Shown piece by piece: positions 22,132-32,324 of a stretch of 64,000 nt of DNA. Every line of letters begins with the position of its first letter. The stretch's first letter is position 1. The position numbers and the translations under genes were made by a program. Location: the NCBI GenBank assembly GCA_965203805.1, contig OZ241917.1:2336001-2400000 (forward strand). The letters are read 5' to 3'. The notes beneath the pieces were generated by a model. That model was not told the origin of the DNA, did not search any database, and worked only from the letters and a program-made list of their open reading frames with translations. This stretch comes from Candidatus Latescibacterota bacterium (GTDB lineage: Bacteria > Latescibacterota > UBA2968 > GCA-2709665).

Positions 22132-22205
22132 TGCCCCCTCGTCTAATGGCAAGACATGCGGCTCTGGACCGTAGTATCGGGGTTCGAATCCCTGGGGGGC
22201 AGCCA
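22132..22205 (+). tRNA. tRNA-Gln(CTG)
   Basis: TGCCCCC/GGGGGCA acceptor stem, CT-CTG-GA loop, TTCGAAT, G-CCA. Confidence 0.93.
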
Positions 22206-22322
22206 AATTTTCGTCTTTAACGGCGACAGGTGCTTTGAATATCATTCCCTCCCGCAAGGAAAAATGAAAAAATCGGGAATCAAATTACGATAGCTTAGAC
22301 CTGTATATTTGATGGTCATGGA

Positions 22323-23270
22323 ATGAACATACCCTTCGCGCAGGCCCTCGAGGTTGGCGATTTTTGCGCGATTCGGCGCGCGCCGAAAGCCGACTTCCAC
22401 CGTCACGCCTTCTTCGGAACACGAATCGAGAATGTGGAGCGCTGGCTCGGTTACCCGCTGGAACGGCCGGCTTTTCCCATGCCCGGCCTTAAGGCCATGG
22501 ATGACTACGCCGCCAGAGTCCTGGGCCCCCACATCAGTTCGCGAGAGGCCTTTGAATTTACGGCGGCGGCGGCGATCGGCGACGCGATTGAAGACGGCGT
22601 CCGATGCCTTGAGATGAGCTTCGACGTGCGGTCTGCCAGTCACTTCGAGGGCGGTTTCGCGGAATTCGCGACCACCATCCAGAACTTGACGGAGCGATTT
22701 CGCGACCGGATCGATCTCAGGCCGGAGCTCGGCATCCCGCGTGAGATTGTCGGTGACAGGGAGATGGTCCGTCGCATCCACGCGGGAATCGAGTCCGGCG
22801 TCTTCCAGTCGATCGACCTCTATGCCGACGAAAACGCGTGTTCTGTCGACGCCGTGATTCCCATCTACAGAAATGCAAGTTCAGGCGGAATGAAATTGAA
22901 GGCGCACGTTGGCGAATTTGGCGGGGCCGAACGCGTACGGGAGACGACGGAAGTCCTGGAACTGGACGAGATACAACACGGCATCGCGGCTGCTGAATCG
23001 CCCGGGGTGATGCAATGGCTGTCAGAAAACCGGATTCGCCTTCACGTCTGTCCGTCCAGCAACGTCATGCTGGGCGCCGTGGACTCGCTCCCGTCGCATC
23101 CGATTCGCGTACTCTTCGATCATGGCGTGGAAGTGACCGTGAATACAGACGACCCGATGATCTTCGGGCAGAGCGTCTCGCAGGAGTACATGAATCTGTT
23201 CGAAGCCGGTGTCTTCAGTGCCGACGAACTGAACGAGATTCGAGCCACGTCTCTCGCCACACGATCCTGA
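22323..23270 (+). CDS. Adenosine deaminase family protein
   Basis: PKADFHRH, AHVGE, IQHG, CPSSN, NTDDP. Confidence 0.85.
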   Translation: MNIPFAQALEVGDFCAIRRAPKADFHRHAFFGTRIENVERWLGYPLERPAFPMPGLKAMDDYAARVLGPHISSREAFEFTAAAAIGDAIEDGVRCLEMSFDVRSASHFEGGFAEFATTIQNLTERFRDRIDLRPELGIPREIVGDREMVRRIHAGIESGVFQSIDLYADENACSVDAVIPIYRNASSGGMKLKAHVGEFGGAERVRETTEVLELDEIQHGIAAAESPGVMQWLSENRIRLHVCPSSNVMLGAVDSLPSHPIRVLFDHGVEVTVNTDDPMIFGQSVSQEYMNLFEAGVFSADELNEIRATSLATRS

Positions 23271-23383
23271 CGGGTTACCATCGGGTTTACGCAAGCGGAC
23301 ACGCCTTCATCCCGTCAAAGGCCGGCATTGCCTGCGTAACACAGACTGCGGTGGCAGCGGGGTCGGAAAAACGGAGACAAACA

Positions 23384-24388
23384 ATGCGTGAAATCGTGAT
23401 GTTCGGCGGCACGGCGCATCCGGAACTGGCGGAGAACATCTGCAGCCACCTCGGCGTCGCCCGTAGCCGCAGCACGCTGAATCAGTTCAGCAACGGATGC
23501 TTCCAGGTGCAACTCGAGGCCAACTGCCGGGAGGCCGACGTCTTTTTCATACAACCGATGGTGATGCCGGTTCACGACCATCTGATGGAACTGTTGCAGA
23601 TGCTTGACGCCGCCAGGGGCGCATCGGCGGCGCGTACGACGGCGGTGATACCCTATTTCGGCTATGCGCGTTCGGACAAGAAGGACGCGCCCCGGATCTC
23701 AATTGCGGCCCGGCTCGTCGCGGACCTGCTTTGCACGGCCGGCGCCAGCCGCGTGCTCACCATGACGCTGCACGCGGCCCAGGTGCACGGCTTCTTCAGC
23801 GTACCCGTGGACCACCTCAACGCGCTCCACATTTTAGCCGGCCACTTTCAGGGCCGCGACCTTGAGAATACCGTGGTGGTATCGCCTGACCTTGGCCGGG
23901 CTAAAGAAGCCGCCCACTTCGCCAGGATGCTGGGGCTGCCCGTGGCCGCGGGCAGCAAGCGCCGGATCAGCGACCGGGAGGTCGTTATCGATGCGATTGT
24001 AGGTGACGTCAACGGCAAACGCGTGATCGTCCTGGACGATGAGATCGCCACCGGCGGTACGATTGTCGAATTGATCCGCCGTCTACGCGAGCGGAGAGTT
24101 AACCAGATCACCATCACCTGCACACACGGACTCTTTTCGAGCAATGACCTCGAGCGGTTCTGCGCATTGGACGAAGTCCGGGAGGTCGTGACGACGGATA
24201 CGGTGCCCCGGTCCGCGGCAATTCAGTCGCACGAGAAACTGACGACTTTGTCCGTGGCGCCCCTGCTTGCCGAAGCCATTCGCAGAATTCACAACGGCGA
24301 ATCGGTCAGCAGCCTGTTCACGGCGCCGGAGTGGATCGGGGAGAAGGAAGAACAAAAAAGGAAGAAGGAAAAACTGACTGAGGGCTGA
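23384..24388 (+). CDS. prs: Ribose-phosphate pyrophosphokinase
   Basis: PYFGYARSDKK, VVSPDLG, DDEIATGGT; ATG after GGAG. Confidence 0.93.
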   Translation: MREIVMFGGTAHPELAENICSHLGVARSRSTLNQFSNGCFQVQLEANCREADVFFIQPMVMPVHDHLMELLQMLDAARGASAARTTAVIPYFGYARSDKKDAPRISIAARLVADLLCTAGASRVLTMTLHAAQVHGFFSVPVDHLNALHILAGHFQGRDLENTVVVSPDLGRAKEAAHFARMLGLPVAAGSKRRISDREVVIDAIVGDVNGKRVIVLDDEIATGGTIVELIRRLRERRVNQITITCTHGLFSSNDLERFCALDEVREVVTTDTVPRSAAIQSHEKLTTLSVAPLLAEAIRRIHNGESVSSLFTAPEWIGEKEEQKRKKEKLTEG

Positions 24389-24595
24389 CTGCTGAAAACT
24401 GACCGCTGATAGCTGTTTTCCCATTGAAAACTTGCCCCGAAACGCCGTGATTGATATATTGTCCTCGCGTTGTTATCCCCTTTGCCTGCTTTGCGCGATC
24501 CCCCGTGCCATTCCGGTTATTTCCGTACGTGCGGACAATCCCGGCCGCGCCCATTTATCGGATGCGGCCCAATTCATTCGTGTGAGGTATTTGCG

Positions 24596-26323
24596 ATGAC
24601 TGACGCCGATGTCAGCCGGGCCGGCGTTGAAGCAGAAGCCCCCTCCGATTTTATCCGAGACGCGATTCGCGAGGACCTCGCCGCCGGCCGGTACGAGGCC
24701 GTGATGACGCGCTTTCCTCCCGAGCCGAACGGGCATCTTCACATCGGCCACGCCAAGGCGATCTGTCTGAATTTCTGGGTTGCCGAGGAATTCGGCGGCG
24801 TCTGCAATCTCCGCTTTGACGATACCGACCCCACCAAGGAAGAGGCCAGTTATGTCGACGGCATCCAACGGGATATCCGGTGGCTGGGGTTTGACTGGGA
24901 GGACCGGCTCTATTTTGCCTCCGACTATTTTGAGCAACTCTACGAACTCGCCGTCAAACTGATCGAAAAGGGCAAAGCCTATGTGTGTGATTTGAGCACG
25001 GAAGAGACCCGGACATACCGGGGCACGGTGACCTCGCCGGGAAGAAAAAGCCCCTATCGAGACCGGTCCATCGAAGAGAACCTGGACCTGTTTGCGCGGA
25101 TGCGGGCCGGTGAATTTCCCGATGGCGCACGAACACTCAGGGCGAAGATCGATATGGCATCGCCTAACATGAACATGCGCGATCCTGTGATGTTTCGCAT
25201 CCTCCGGGCGTCTCACTACCGCCGGAACGATGCGTGGTGCATCTATCCGACGTACGATTTTACCCACGGGCAGTCGGACTCGATCGAGGGGGTTTCGCAT
25301 TCCCTGTGTTCGCAGGAATTCGAAGACCACCGCCCGCTTTATGACTGGTATATCCGCGAACTCGGGATTTTCCCTTCGCGGCAGATTGAATTCCCAAAGC
25401 TGTTTGTCACGCATACGGTGGTGGGAAAACGACACCTGCGTCCGTTGATCGAAAACGGGCTGCTTGCCGGATGGGACGATCCCAGGCTGATCACGCTGGC
25501 GGGATTGCGCCGCAGGGGCGTGCCTCCGGAAGCAATTCGGAATTTCATCCGCCGCGTGGGAATGTCCAAACGGGATACAACCGCGGAGATCGACCTCCTG
25601 GAGTTTCATATCCGGTCGCACCTGAATCGACACACGCCCCGCGTGATGGGGGTGATCGATCCGCTGAAGGTGGTGATCGAGAACTACCCGGAGGGCAAGG
25701 AGGAAGCGTTCCCCGCACAGGTGAATCCCGAGGATCCTTCCGCCGGTACGCGCAGCGTGCCGTTTGCCAGGGTGGTCTACATCGAGCGGGACGACTTCAT
25801 GGAGGATCCGCCACGCAGGTTCCGCCGGCTGGCGCCGGGGCGGGAGGTGCGGCTGCGGGCGGCGTGTTATATCACCTGCACGGACGTGATAAAGGACGAA
25901 AACGGAGAGATTGTGGAACTGCGGTGTACGTTCGACCCGGAAAGCCGGGGCGGGTCGACGCCGGACGGCCGAAAGGTCCGGGGCACCATCCACTGGGTGT
26001 CCGCCGCGCACGCGGTTGAGGCGGAGGTGCGCCTGTACGATCGCCTGTTCAACGCCGAGAATCCGATGGACGCGGCCGGAGGCGGGGACATCGGCGAAAC
26101 GGTGAACCCGAACTCCCTGGAGGTACGGCGGAGCTGCTTTCTGGAATCCACGGTCAAGGGGGCTGAACCCGGTCGCCGATATCAGTTCGAACGGTTGGGA
26201 TACTTCTGCGTGGACCCCGACTCGACGCCCGAAAAGCCTGTCTTCAACCGGACGATTACCCTGCGCGATACCTGGGCAAGGATGCAGAAGGGAGAATCCG
26301 GCAACGCCCGCCGGGGAGGCTGA
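24596..26323 (+). CDS. glnS: Glutamine--tRNA ligase
   Basis: [50 protein letters not shown]. Confidence 0.93.
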   Translation: MTDADVSRAGVEAEAPSDFIRDAIREDLAAGRYEAVMTRFPPEPNGHLHIGHAKAICLNFWVAEEFGGVCNLRFDDTDPTKEEASYVDGIQRDIRWLGFDWEDRLYFASDYFEQLYELAVKLIEKGKAYVCDLSTEETRTYRGTVTSPGRKSPYRDRSIEENLDLFARMRAGEFPDGARTLRAKIDMASPNMNMRDPVMFRILRASHYRRNDAWCIYPTYDFTHGQSDSIEGVSHSLCSQEFEDHRPLYDWYIRELGIFPSRQIEFPKLFVTHTVVGKRHLRPLIENGLLAGWDDPRLITLAGLRRRGVPPEAIRNFIRRVGMSKRDTTAEIDLLEFHIRSHLNRHTPRVMGVIDPLKVVIENYPEGKEEAFPAQVNPEDPSAGTRSVPFARVVYIERDDFMEDPPRRFRRLAPGREVRLRAACYITCTDVIKDENGEIVELRCTFDPESRGGSTPDGRKVRGTIHWVSAAHAVEAEVRLYDRLFNAENPMDAAGGGDIGETVNPNSLEVRRSCFLESTVKGAEPGRRYQFERLGYFCVDPDSTPEKPVFNRTITLRDTWARMQKGESGNARRGG

Positions 26324-26816
26324 GGAGCCGTCGGACGGCCCCGGCGATAGGTACGGCTGAATCGACGGATATCGAGTACCAAACAACGACGCCCATACGG
26401 AAGACTGTATGGGCGTCGTTGTTTCAGGCATGGTCGGAGAACGGCAGAAATACTGCAACTTCATTGCCGGGGCGGCTCACCGTTCTTGTCGAAAGGCGGA
26501 GGCGTTAGGAATCGCGTTCCCCTTGCCGTTTCCTCGGCGATGCATTTTTCGACCTGCTGCCGCATTTCCTGACGGCCCTTTTCCAAGCCCTTTTTTTAGA
26601 TTTCTCGCCTTTACCCATTCGGTTATCGCGCCCATTGCGTCTATCGCCTTCACAAAAAAAAGGACCGGTTCTTGCTATACATTGACCGGCCTGGTTTACA
26701 AATCCTTCGATGATTTCCAACAGGACCTCACTTTTCAAGCGGTTTTTCCGATTGACAAGGCAAGTTTCTCAAGACGGAGTCCGGCAAAAGATGCCTATAT
26801 AGGCGTCAATGGGTGG

Positions 26817-27479
26817 CTAGTGGGCAAACCTCAGGCCAATGGCGATGGACATGGTTGCGATACCCATCTGACCAAGATGTGGATCGTGGTTGAGTTCGGC
26901 GATGTTGAGACGCAGTTCCGCGAATACTTCCGGAAATCTTACGGCAATCTCTGCGCCGAATCCCGCCACGCCCTGGAAAACTGGCCCGAACTCACGAATG
27001 GAATTTCCCTCGGTGGGTTTCTCCCATAGACCATAGATCCCTACCCCGGCACCAAGATATGGTACGACCTGAGATTCTGTTAGATAACGATACCGAATGA
27101 ATAACAGAACCGTCCTGAATATCCTCTCGAATTCTACCGCGTTCGCGTTAGCAGTGCGCGCTTCAGTGGACAAAAGCGCACCAGAGATCCGTTCTTTGTG
27201 AAAGTTGAAAGCGCCAAGTCCAACGTCTATGGGATATTCTCTGAAGAATAAGCTGCCGCCGAACACGACACCCGCCTGTGTATGGTCAAAGCTGATGTGC
27301 CCCGATGATCCAGAATGCGCCAGCCTCGGATCCCAATCGTTGTCGAGCCCACTGCTCTGGAATGACCGACTGTCACCCGGTATCCCGTATCCAATAGTGA
27401 AGCCGACACCCAATTCCTGACCGTACCCAGTACCCCGTGATATCACGAGAATAAACACCAAACCGATTGCGAAACGCAT
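26817..27479 (-). CDS. Outer-membrane beta-barrel-like exported protein
   Basis: Signal peptide, PYLGAGVG, alternating beta pattern, GLRF near the C-terminus; lower GC. Confidence 0.65.
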   Translation of the reverse strand: MRFAIGLVFILVISRGTGYGQELGVGFTIGYGIPGDSRSFQSSGLDNDWDPRLAHSGSSGHISFDHTQAGVVFGGSLFFREYPIDVGLGAFNFHKERISGALLSTEARTANANAVEFERIFRTVLLFIRYRYLTESQVVPYLGAGVGIYGLWEKPTEGNSIREFGPVFQGVAGFGAEIAVRFPEVFAELRLNIAELNHDPHLGQMGIATMSIAIGLRFAH

Positions 27480-27830
27480 CTGGTCCCTCCGTCTGACGGG
27501 AATCCCTCGGCGGTTACACTGCGCAAGATCCGGGCCATTAAGGATTACACTCTGGTCTTTTGTTCCAAGATACGAATAGGACTAAGATCTATATTCAATA
27601 TTATCAGTTATTTTTTCCAATTTGACGTAGCTGTTCATTCGCCGTCGATCGTCGCTTTATCCGGGTTCAAACGGCTATTTTCCGCCCGAACTGTGAATGC
27701 GACCCACGCGTGTGGTGATGGATCGACAGGCGCCCCGGTCGAAATACGAGTTGAAAATCCAAATCGATTCGCCTATTGTAAAACTGGAACGGCTGGACTT
27801 GCTCGCTATCGTCGGGTTCAAGGGAAGACG

Positions 27831-28298
27831 ATGTCCGATAGACAATTGAAATTGAAAGTGATGTGCTCGCATCTGCCTGGGCTAAGGTTCGAAGACCCTT
27901 ACAAGCACGAACCCAGAGTCAAGGAGCCTGTCTATCTCGGAATCCAGCGCGGGACCGACGTGATCGCACAGGTCCCCGCCAGCCGGCGCCGGGTGGTGTT
28001 CCGTCCAGAGTTCAGGATTGGAAAGAGGCCCGACGGGTCCCCCAATTTTCTGGGTCCGTACGCCCAGGGCAGACCCGCAGACCGGTTCTTCTATCTTTCA
28101 TGGGGCGTAAAGACTGAACCTGAACAGTTCGCGATGTTCCGCCGATTGAAGATCCGCCTCACTCACCTCGAATGGCCGGAGATTGACCACGCGCTTGAGT
28201 CGGACGAGCCCATCGTCGTGAGGCTGAAGTTGACCGACGACCTCGGCGGTCCCGCGTGCGGCACGCCGGACGATTCGCGGATCAAGTGGGAATTGTGA
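27831..28298 (+). CDS. DUF5990-like protein
   Basis: LGIQRG, FLGPYAQGRPADRFFYLSWG, MFRRLK, GGPACG. Confidence 0.65.
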   Translation: MSDRQLKLKVMCSHLPGLRFEDPYKHEPRVKEPVYLGIQRGTDVIAQVPASRRRVVFRPEFRIGKRPDGSPNFLGPYAQGRPADRFFYLSWGVKTEPEQFAMFRRLKIRLTHLEWPEIDHALESDEPIVVRLKLTDDLGGPACGTPDDSRIKWEL

Positions 28299-28318
28299 TC
28301 TGCTTGGGAGACGACAAG

Positions 28319-28984
28319 ATGGCCGTTGAAGCGAAGGAATTGAAATTTCTGGCGACAAAGGAAAAAGGCGAGGTGTCAGCGTTGATCGCGCGGCCGCCCG
28401 CCGCCGAGGCGCTGCTGGTGCTGGGCCACGGCGCGGGCACCAATATGCGCCATTCGTTCATGCAGGACCTGAGCGACGCGTTGAACGACGCGGACATCGC
28501 CACGTTCCGCTTCAACTATCCCTATTCCGAAAAGGGTGGCGGCATGGACGGCGAGAAGGTTCGCCTCGCAACCGTGCGCGCCGCCGTCGCGACCGCAACG
28601 AACCGCGCGGACGGTCTCCCGGTCTTCGCCGGCGGGCACTCCATGAGCGGGCGCATGTTCTCCATGGCCTGTGCGCAGGAGCCGATGGACGGGCTCAGGG
28701 GCATCGTCTTCTTCGCGTTTCCGCTGCACGCCGGCAAGCCGAACGCGGACCGCGCCGAGCATCTGAAGGACGTGCCGGCGCCCATGCTGTTCCTGTCCGG
28801 ACAGCGGGACAAGATGGCGAAAATGGAATTGCTCGAGCCCGTGGTGAGGAAACTGGAACGTGCCAGCCTCCACGTCGTGGATACCGCGGATCACGGCTTC
28901 AAGGTACTGAAGCGGCGGAAGACCGAAGAACCCGTACTCGAGGAACTGGCCAGGGTGGCGGGTGGCTGGATGAAACAACCCTGA
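28319..28984 (+). CDS. Alpha/beta hydrolase (KANL3/Tex30-like)
   Basis: HGAG, GGHSMSGR nucleophile elbow, FPLH, DHGF. Confidence 0.8.
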   Translation: MAVEAKELKFLATKEKGEVSALIARPPAAEALLVLGHGAGTNMRHSFMQDLSDALNDADIATFRFNYPYSEKGGGMDGEKVRLATVRAAVATATNRADGLPVFAGGHSMSGRMFSMACAQEPMDGLRGIVFFAFPLHAGKPNADRAEHLKDVPAPMLFLSGQRDKMAKMELLEPVVRKLERASLHVVDTADHGFKVLKRRKTEEPVLEELARVAGGWMKQP

Positions 28985-29014
28985 TGGCAGCGATAGACCT
29001 GGAGGGACATTGCC

Positions 29015-29473
29015 ATGAAAGAAAAAGTCAATCTGTCGGAAATCGAAGAACGATCCCACCACTCCCCCAAAGGGACGTTCCAGGTCTCGCGAAAGGACGT
29101 GTCCGGATCGCTCGAAACCGCCGACCGGCCGTTCGAAATCGACTGGGTGCGGTTACGGCCGGGGATGACCAACTTCCCCTACCACGCGCATCAGATCCAG
29201 TGGGAGTTCTATATCGTGGTCAGCGGGCGCGGAACTGTCAGGCGGAACGACCGCACGTTCGATGTGGTGACCGGCGACGTGTTCGTTCAACCGCCGGGGA
29301 CCGCGCATCACATCCGCAATCCGAGCGAGGACGAGGACCTGATCTACTACGTGATTGCCGACAATCCCGTGTGCGACCCCTGTTATTATCCCGATTCGGA
29401 CAAATGGGCAATCCGGCCGCCGGGTAAACTGGGTCGCATGACGGACGCGGACTATTACGACGGAGAAGAGTAG
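29015..29473 (+). CDS. Cupin domain protein
   Basis: PYHAH...EFYIVVSG, GDV..PPGTAH, YYPDSDK. Confidence 0.85.
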   Translation: MKEKVNLSEIEERSHHSPKGTFQVSRKDVSGSLETADRPFEIDWVRLRPGMTNFPYHAHQIQWEFYIVVSGRGTVRRNDRTFDVVTGDVFVQPPGTAHHIRNPSEDEDLIYYVIADNPVCDPCYYPDSDKWAIRPPGKLGRMTDADYYDGEE

Positions 29474-29492
29474 AAGGCCTGGCGTCCTTCCC

Positions 29493-29879
29493 GCCGCCCG
29501 GCTGTTTTCCAGGGTCGACGAGGGCGACCTGTCCGGGTTTATCAGTGCGACGACCGTGACGACCATTCACTATCTCGCGCGTGGGACGGTTGGAGACCGG
29601 CAGGCACGTAACGAGATACGAAACATGCTGGACCTGTTTGACGTCGCGCCGGTAAACCAGACTGTGCTGGAGGGAGCTCTCGAATCGAATTTTAGGGACT
29701 TCGAGGATGCGGTCTTGCATCAGGCGGCGCTGGACGTGAATGCGGACGGCATCGTGACCCGAAACACGGGACATTTCAAACCCGCAACGATTCCAGTCTA
29801 TGCGCCCGACGAACTTGATCGCCTGGTGCAGATTACGGACGAGATCGCGGACAGCCACGGCCATGAAAATGCAGGATAG
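29493..29879 (+). pseudogene. 5'-truncated PIN-domain (VapC-like) toxin
   Basis: Frame reads AARLFSRVDEGDLSGFISATTVTTIHYL...DFEDAVLH...IVTRN; the N-terminal DTN motif and a start codon are absent. Confidence 0.7.
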
Positions 29880-29963
29880 AATTGCGTTCGAGACACGGCC
29901 GGCCGCAAAAAGCCCCGGAGAACGGCGCCTCCGGGGCTTCGTCCTGTCATCGGTGGCGACGGA

Positions 29964-30953
29964 TCAGGGCACCGACGACACAAGGTATTCGGGCGGGGTT
30001 TCACTCAGGGAATTAACGGTAAAGTCACGGTCGGCGGGGACAAGAAAGGTGTCGCCTAACCCGGCGCGGCAGGTCTCGCGGCCGCCCTGGATTTCGGCGC
30101 TGCCGGAAAGCAAGGTGAGCGCGGCCAGCGAGGCGTATGGCGGATGTTCGGTCCTCATTTTCGACGGATTGAAACGTTCCAGGCGGAAGTGTTCGGACTC
30201 GACGAGTACGGCCTGGTCGGGGTTCGTCCCCGTCAGCGTTGACACGGCTACCGGTTCAAGACGAGGACCGTCAAACGCGATGACCTCCAGGGCGTCGTCA
30301 ACATGCAATTCTCTGGGTTTTCCATCGGCCCCGGGGCGATTGTAGTCGTAGATGCGGAAGGTGATATCGCTGGATTGCTGGACCTCGTACACCATGACCC
30401 CGGCGCAGAGGGCGTGGACGGTTCCAGGCGGGATGAAGACGACGTCGCCCGGGCATGCGTCGAAGAACTCGACGGCATCCGAGACGCGATTGTTGTTGAC
30501 GGCATCCGCGAACGCGGACCTGTCAACGCCGGGTTTCAGGCCGCAGGCGATGCGGCCGTTTTCGGACCGGAGCACGTACCAGGCTTCCATCTTCCCGAAA
30601 CTTCCAGGTTGCTTTATCCGGGCGTATGCGTCGTCGGGGTGGACCTGAATGGAAAGGTGCTGGTGCGCGTCGAGTAACTTGATAAGCAGCGGGAACTCGC
30701 CGCCGTACCGGTCGAAGACCTCCCCGCCAAGCAGTTCGCGGCCGTGCGATTCGACCACATCGGGAAGCGACCGTCCGGAGAATGGGCCTGCCGCAACGGT
30801 GCTTTCCATTCCAGGATACGCGGAAACCTCCCATGATTCGCCGATATTCCTTCCGCGCGGCAGAGATTTTTGGAATTGGCCCTGCAGCCTGCGGCCGCCC
30901 CAGATCATCTCTCTGAAATACGGTCTCAGCGGCATTATGCTCGGCAGCAACAC
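29964..30953 (-). CDS. manA: Type I mannose-6-phosphate isomerase
   Basis: IWGG, GESWE, FPLLIKLLDA, LSIQVHP, GTVHA, EVQQSSDITFR. Confidence 0.9.
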   Translation of the reverse strand: MLLPSIMPLRPYFREMIWGGRRLQGQFQKSLPRGRNIGESWEVSAYPGMESTVAAGPFSGRSLPDVVESHGRELLGGEVFDRYGGEFPLLIKLLDAHQHLSIQVHPDDAYARIKQPGSFGKMEAWYVLRSENGRIACGLKPGVDRSAFADAVNNNRVSDAVEFFDACPGDVVFIPPGTVHALCAGVMVYEVQQSSDITFRIYDYNRPGADGKPRELHVDDALEVIAFDGPRLEPVAVSTLTGTNPDQAVLVESEHFRLERFNPSKMRTEHPPYASLAALTLLSGSAEIQGGRETCRAGLGDTFLVPADRDFTVNSLSETPPEYLVSSVP

Positions 30954-31638
30954 GGATCCCCCTTGGACGGATCGGATAACCCCGTATATGGATATTTCGT
31001 TCAAGATATCCGGTACGCCTCTCGAAGTCAAATGCGGTTCCGACCGGAAGAGCGCTGCGCAGACCTCTCCCCCCCGGCCAACGAGAAGCAGCAAAGAACA
31101 GTTATCAGCTTTCAGCCATCAGCTCAAGTCAAAACCAGGAATCAGATTCAACGTCCACATCTCCCCAAATTCCCTGCCTCCGGCGGGTTCCTTTTGAAGC
31201 GACCAAAAGGAACCAAAAGTCGCCGCTGGGCGCGGGGCCTGCCATATGCATAGCGCGAACACCCTCACAGGATGCACACAATCCTCTGCCCTGACACCCT
31301 CGGTTGCACATCGAACCGTGTCGCTGGACGGATTAGCGCGCTCTGCTTTGGAGGCGCTCCGGTAAGGGAATTCCTTTGTAGACCAATTGGCGCCTGTATG
31401 ATGAGGACAGCCGTCAGCTTGATTCTAGAGCAACCGACTGACGTCAACGTCGTGAAGCATCAGGCCCCCGGGTCACCTCTGCCTGCGTACCGCTATTCCG
31501 CTTGCGGCGCATTGGCTCAAGCATTAGGTTATTGGCCCCTCGCGAAACTCTGTGAGAACCGGCAGACTCCGGCTACCTGAAACGAGGCGCGTCGGTCTGT
31601 TTCCGGGCTTGACATCCAGCGATTGAGAAGGGCCGGAT

Positions 31639-32241
31639 ATGTCGGACGATAGAATTGTGGCGCTGGAGCGGAAAATCGGCGAATTGATGGCTGAACTCCA
31701 TGCCCTGCAGAAGGCCAATCCGGCAGCGCCCGTCCCCAATTACACGCTTAAGAACCTGGCAGGAAAGACCACGCTGCTCGACCTGTTCGGCGGCCGCGAC
31801 ACGTTGCTGGCCATCCATAACATGGGCCAGGGCTGCCGCTATTGCACGCTCTGGGCGGACGGCTTCAACGGACTGCTCCCGCACCTGGAGTCCGCCCTGT
31901 CTGTGGCCCTTCTGTCGAAAGACCCGCCGGAGACCCAGCGCCGATTCGCGAACGCCCGCGGATGGCGGTTTCAACTGGCCTCCCACGGCGGTGGCGACTA
32001 CATCCGCGAGCAGTCCGTGATGGCAGGAGACGACAACTTCCCCGGCGCCGTGGTCTATCAGCGCCAGGGAGATACCATTCTCCGCAAGAACGCGTGCGTA
32101 TTCGGGCCCGGCGACATCTATTGCGCGATGTGGACGCTGCTGGGCCTGGCCGGCCTCGACGAAGAGGACTGGACGCCCCAGTACTCGTACTGGCGGCGTC
32201 CTGAAAATCTGGACGACGGCGGCCGGAACGTTCTCGACTGA
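31639..32241 (+). CDS. DUF899 family thioredoxin-like protein
   Basis: HNMGQGCRYCTLWADGFNG, ARGWRF, FGPGD.YC. Confidence 0.8.
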   Translation: MSDDRIVALERKIGELMAELHALQKANPAAPVPNYTLKNLAGKTTLLDLFGGRDTLLAIHNMGQGCRYCTLWADGFNGLLPHLESALSVALLSKDPPETQRRFANARGWRFQLASHGGGDYIREQSVMAGDDNFPGAVVYQRQGDTILRKNACVFGPGDIYCAMWTLLGLAGLDEEDWTPQYSYWRRPENLDDGGRNVLD

Positions 32242-32324
32242 ACGCCAATGAACGTCCGGACCCGCCAACGAAGCATCCGCCATGCGGCTTTTCTTTTCTG
32301 TCCGCGCATCGTACCGAGGTTTCG

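Noticed and set aside
22205-23270. tRNA-Gln as an island integration site
   Set aside because: No integrase and no duplicated tRNA 3' end were noticed in the window.
31100-31630. Intergenic region as a possible IS remnant or ncRNA
   Set aside because: I could not identify a transposase fragment, paired inverted repeats or a recognisable RNA fold.
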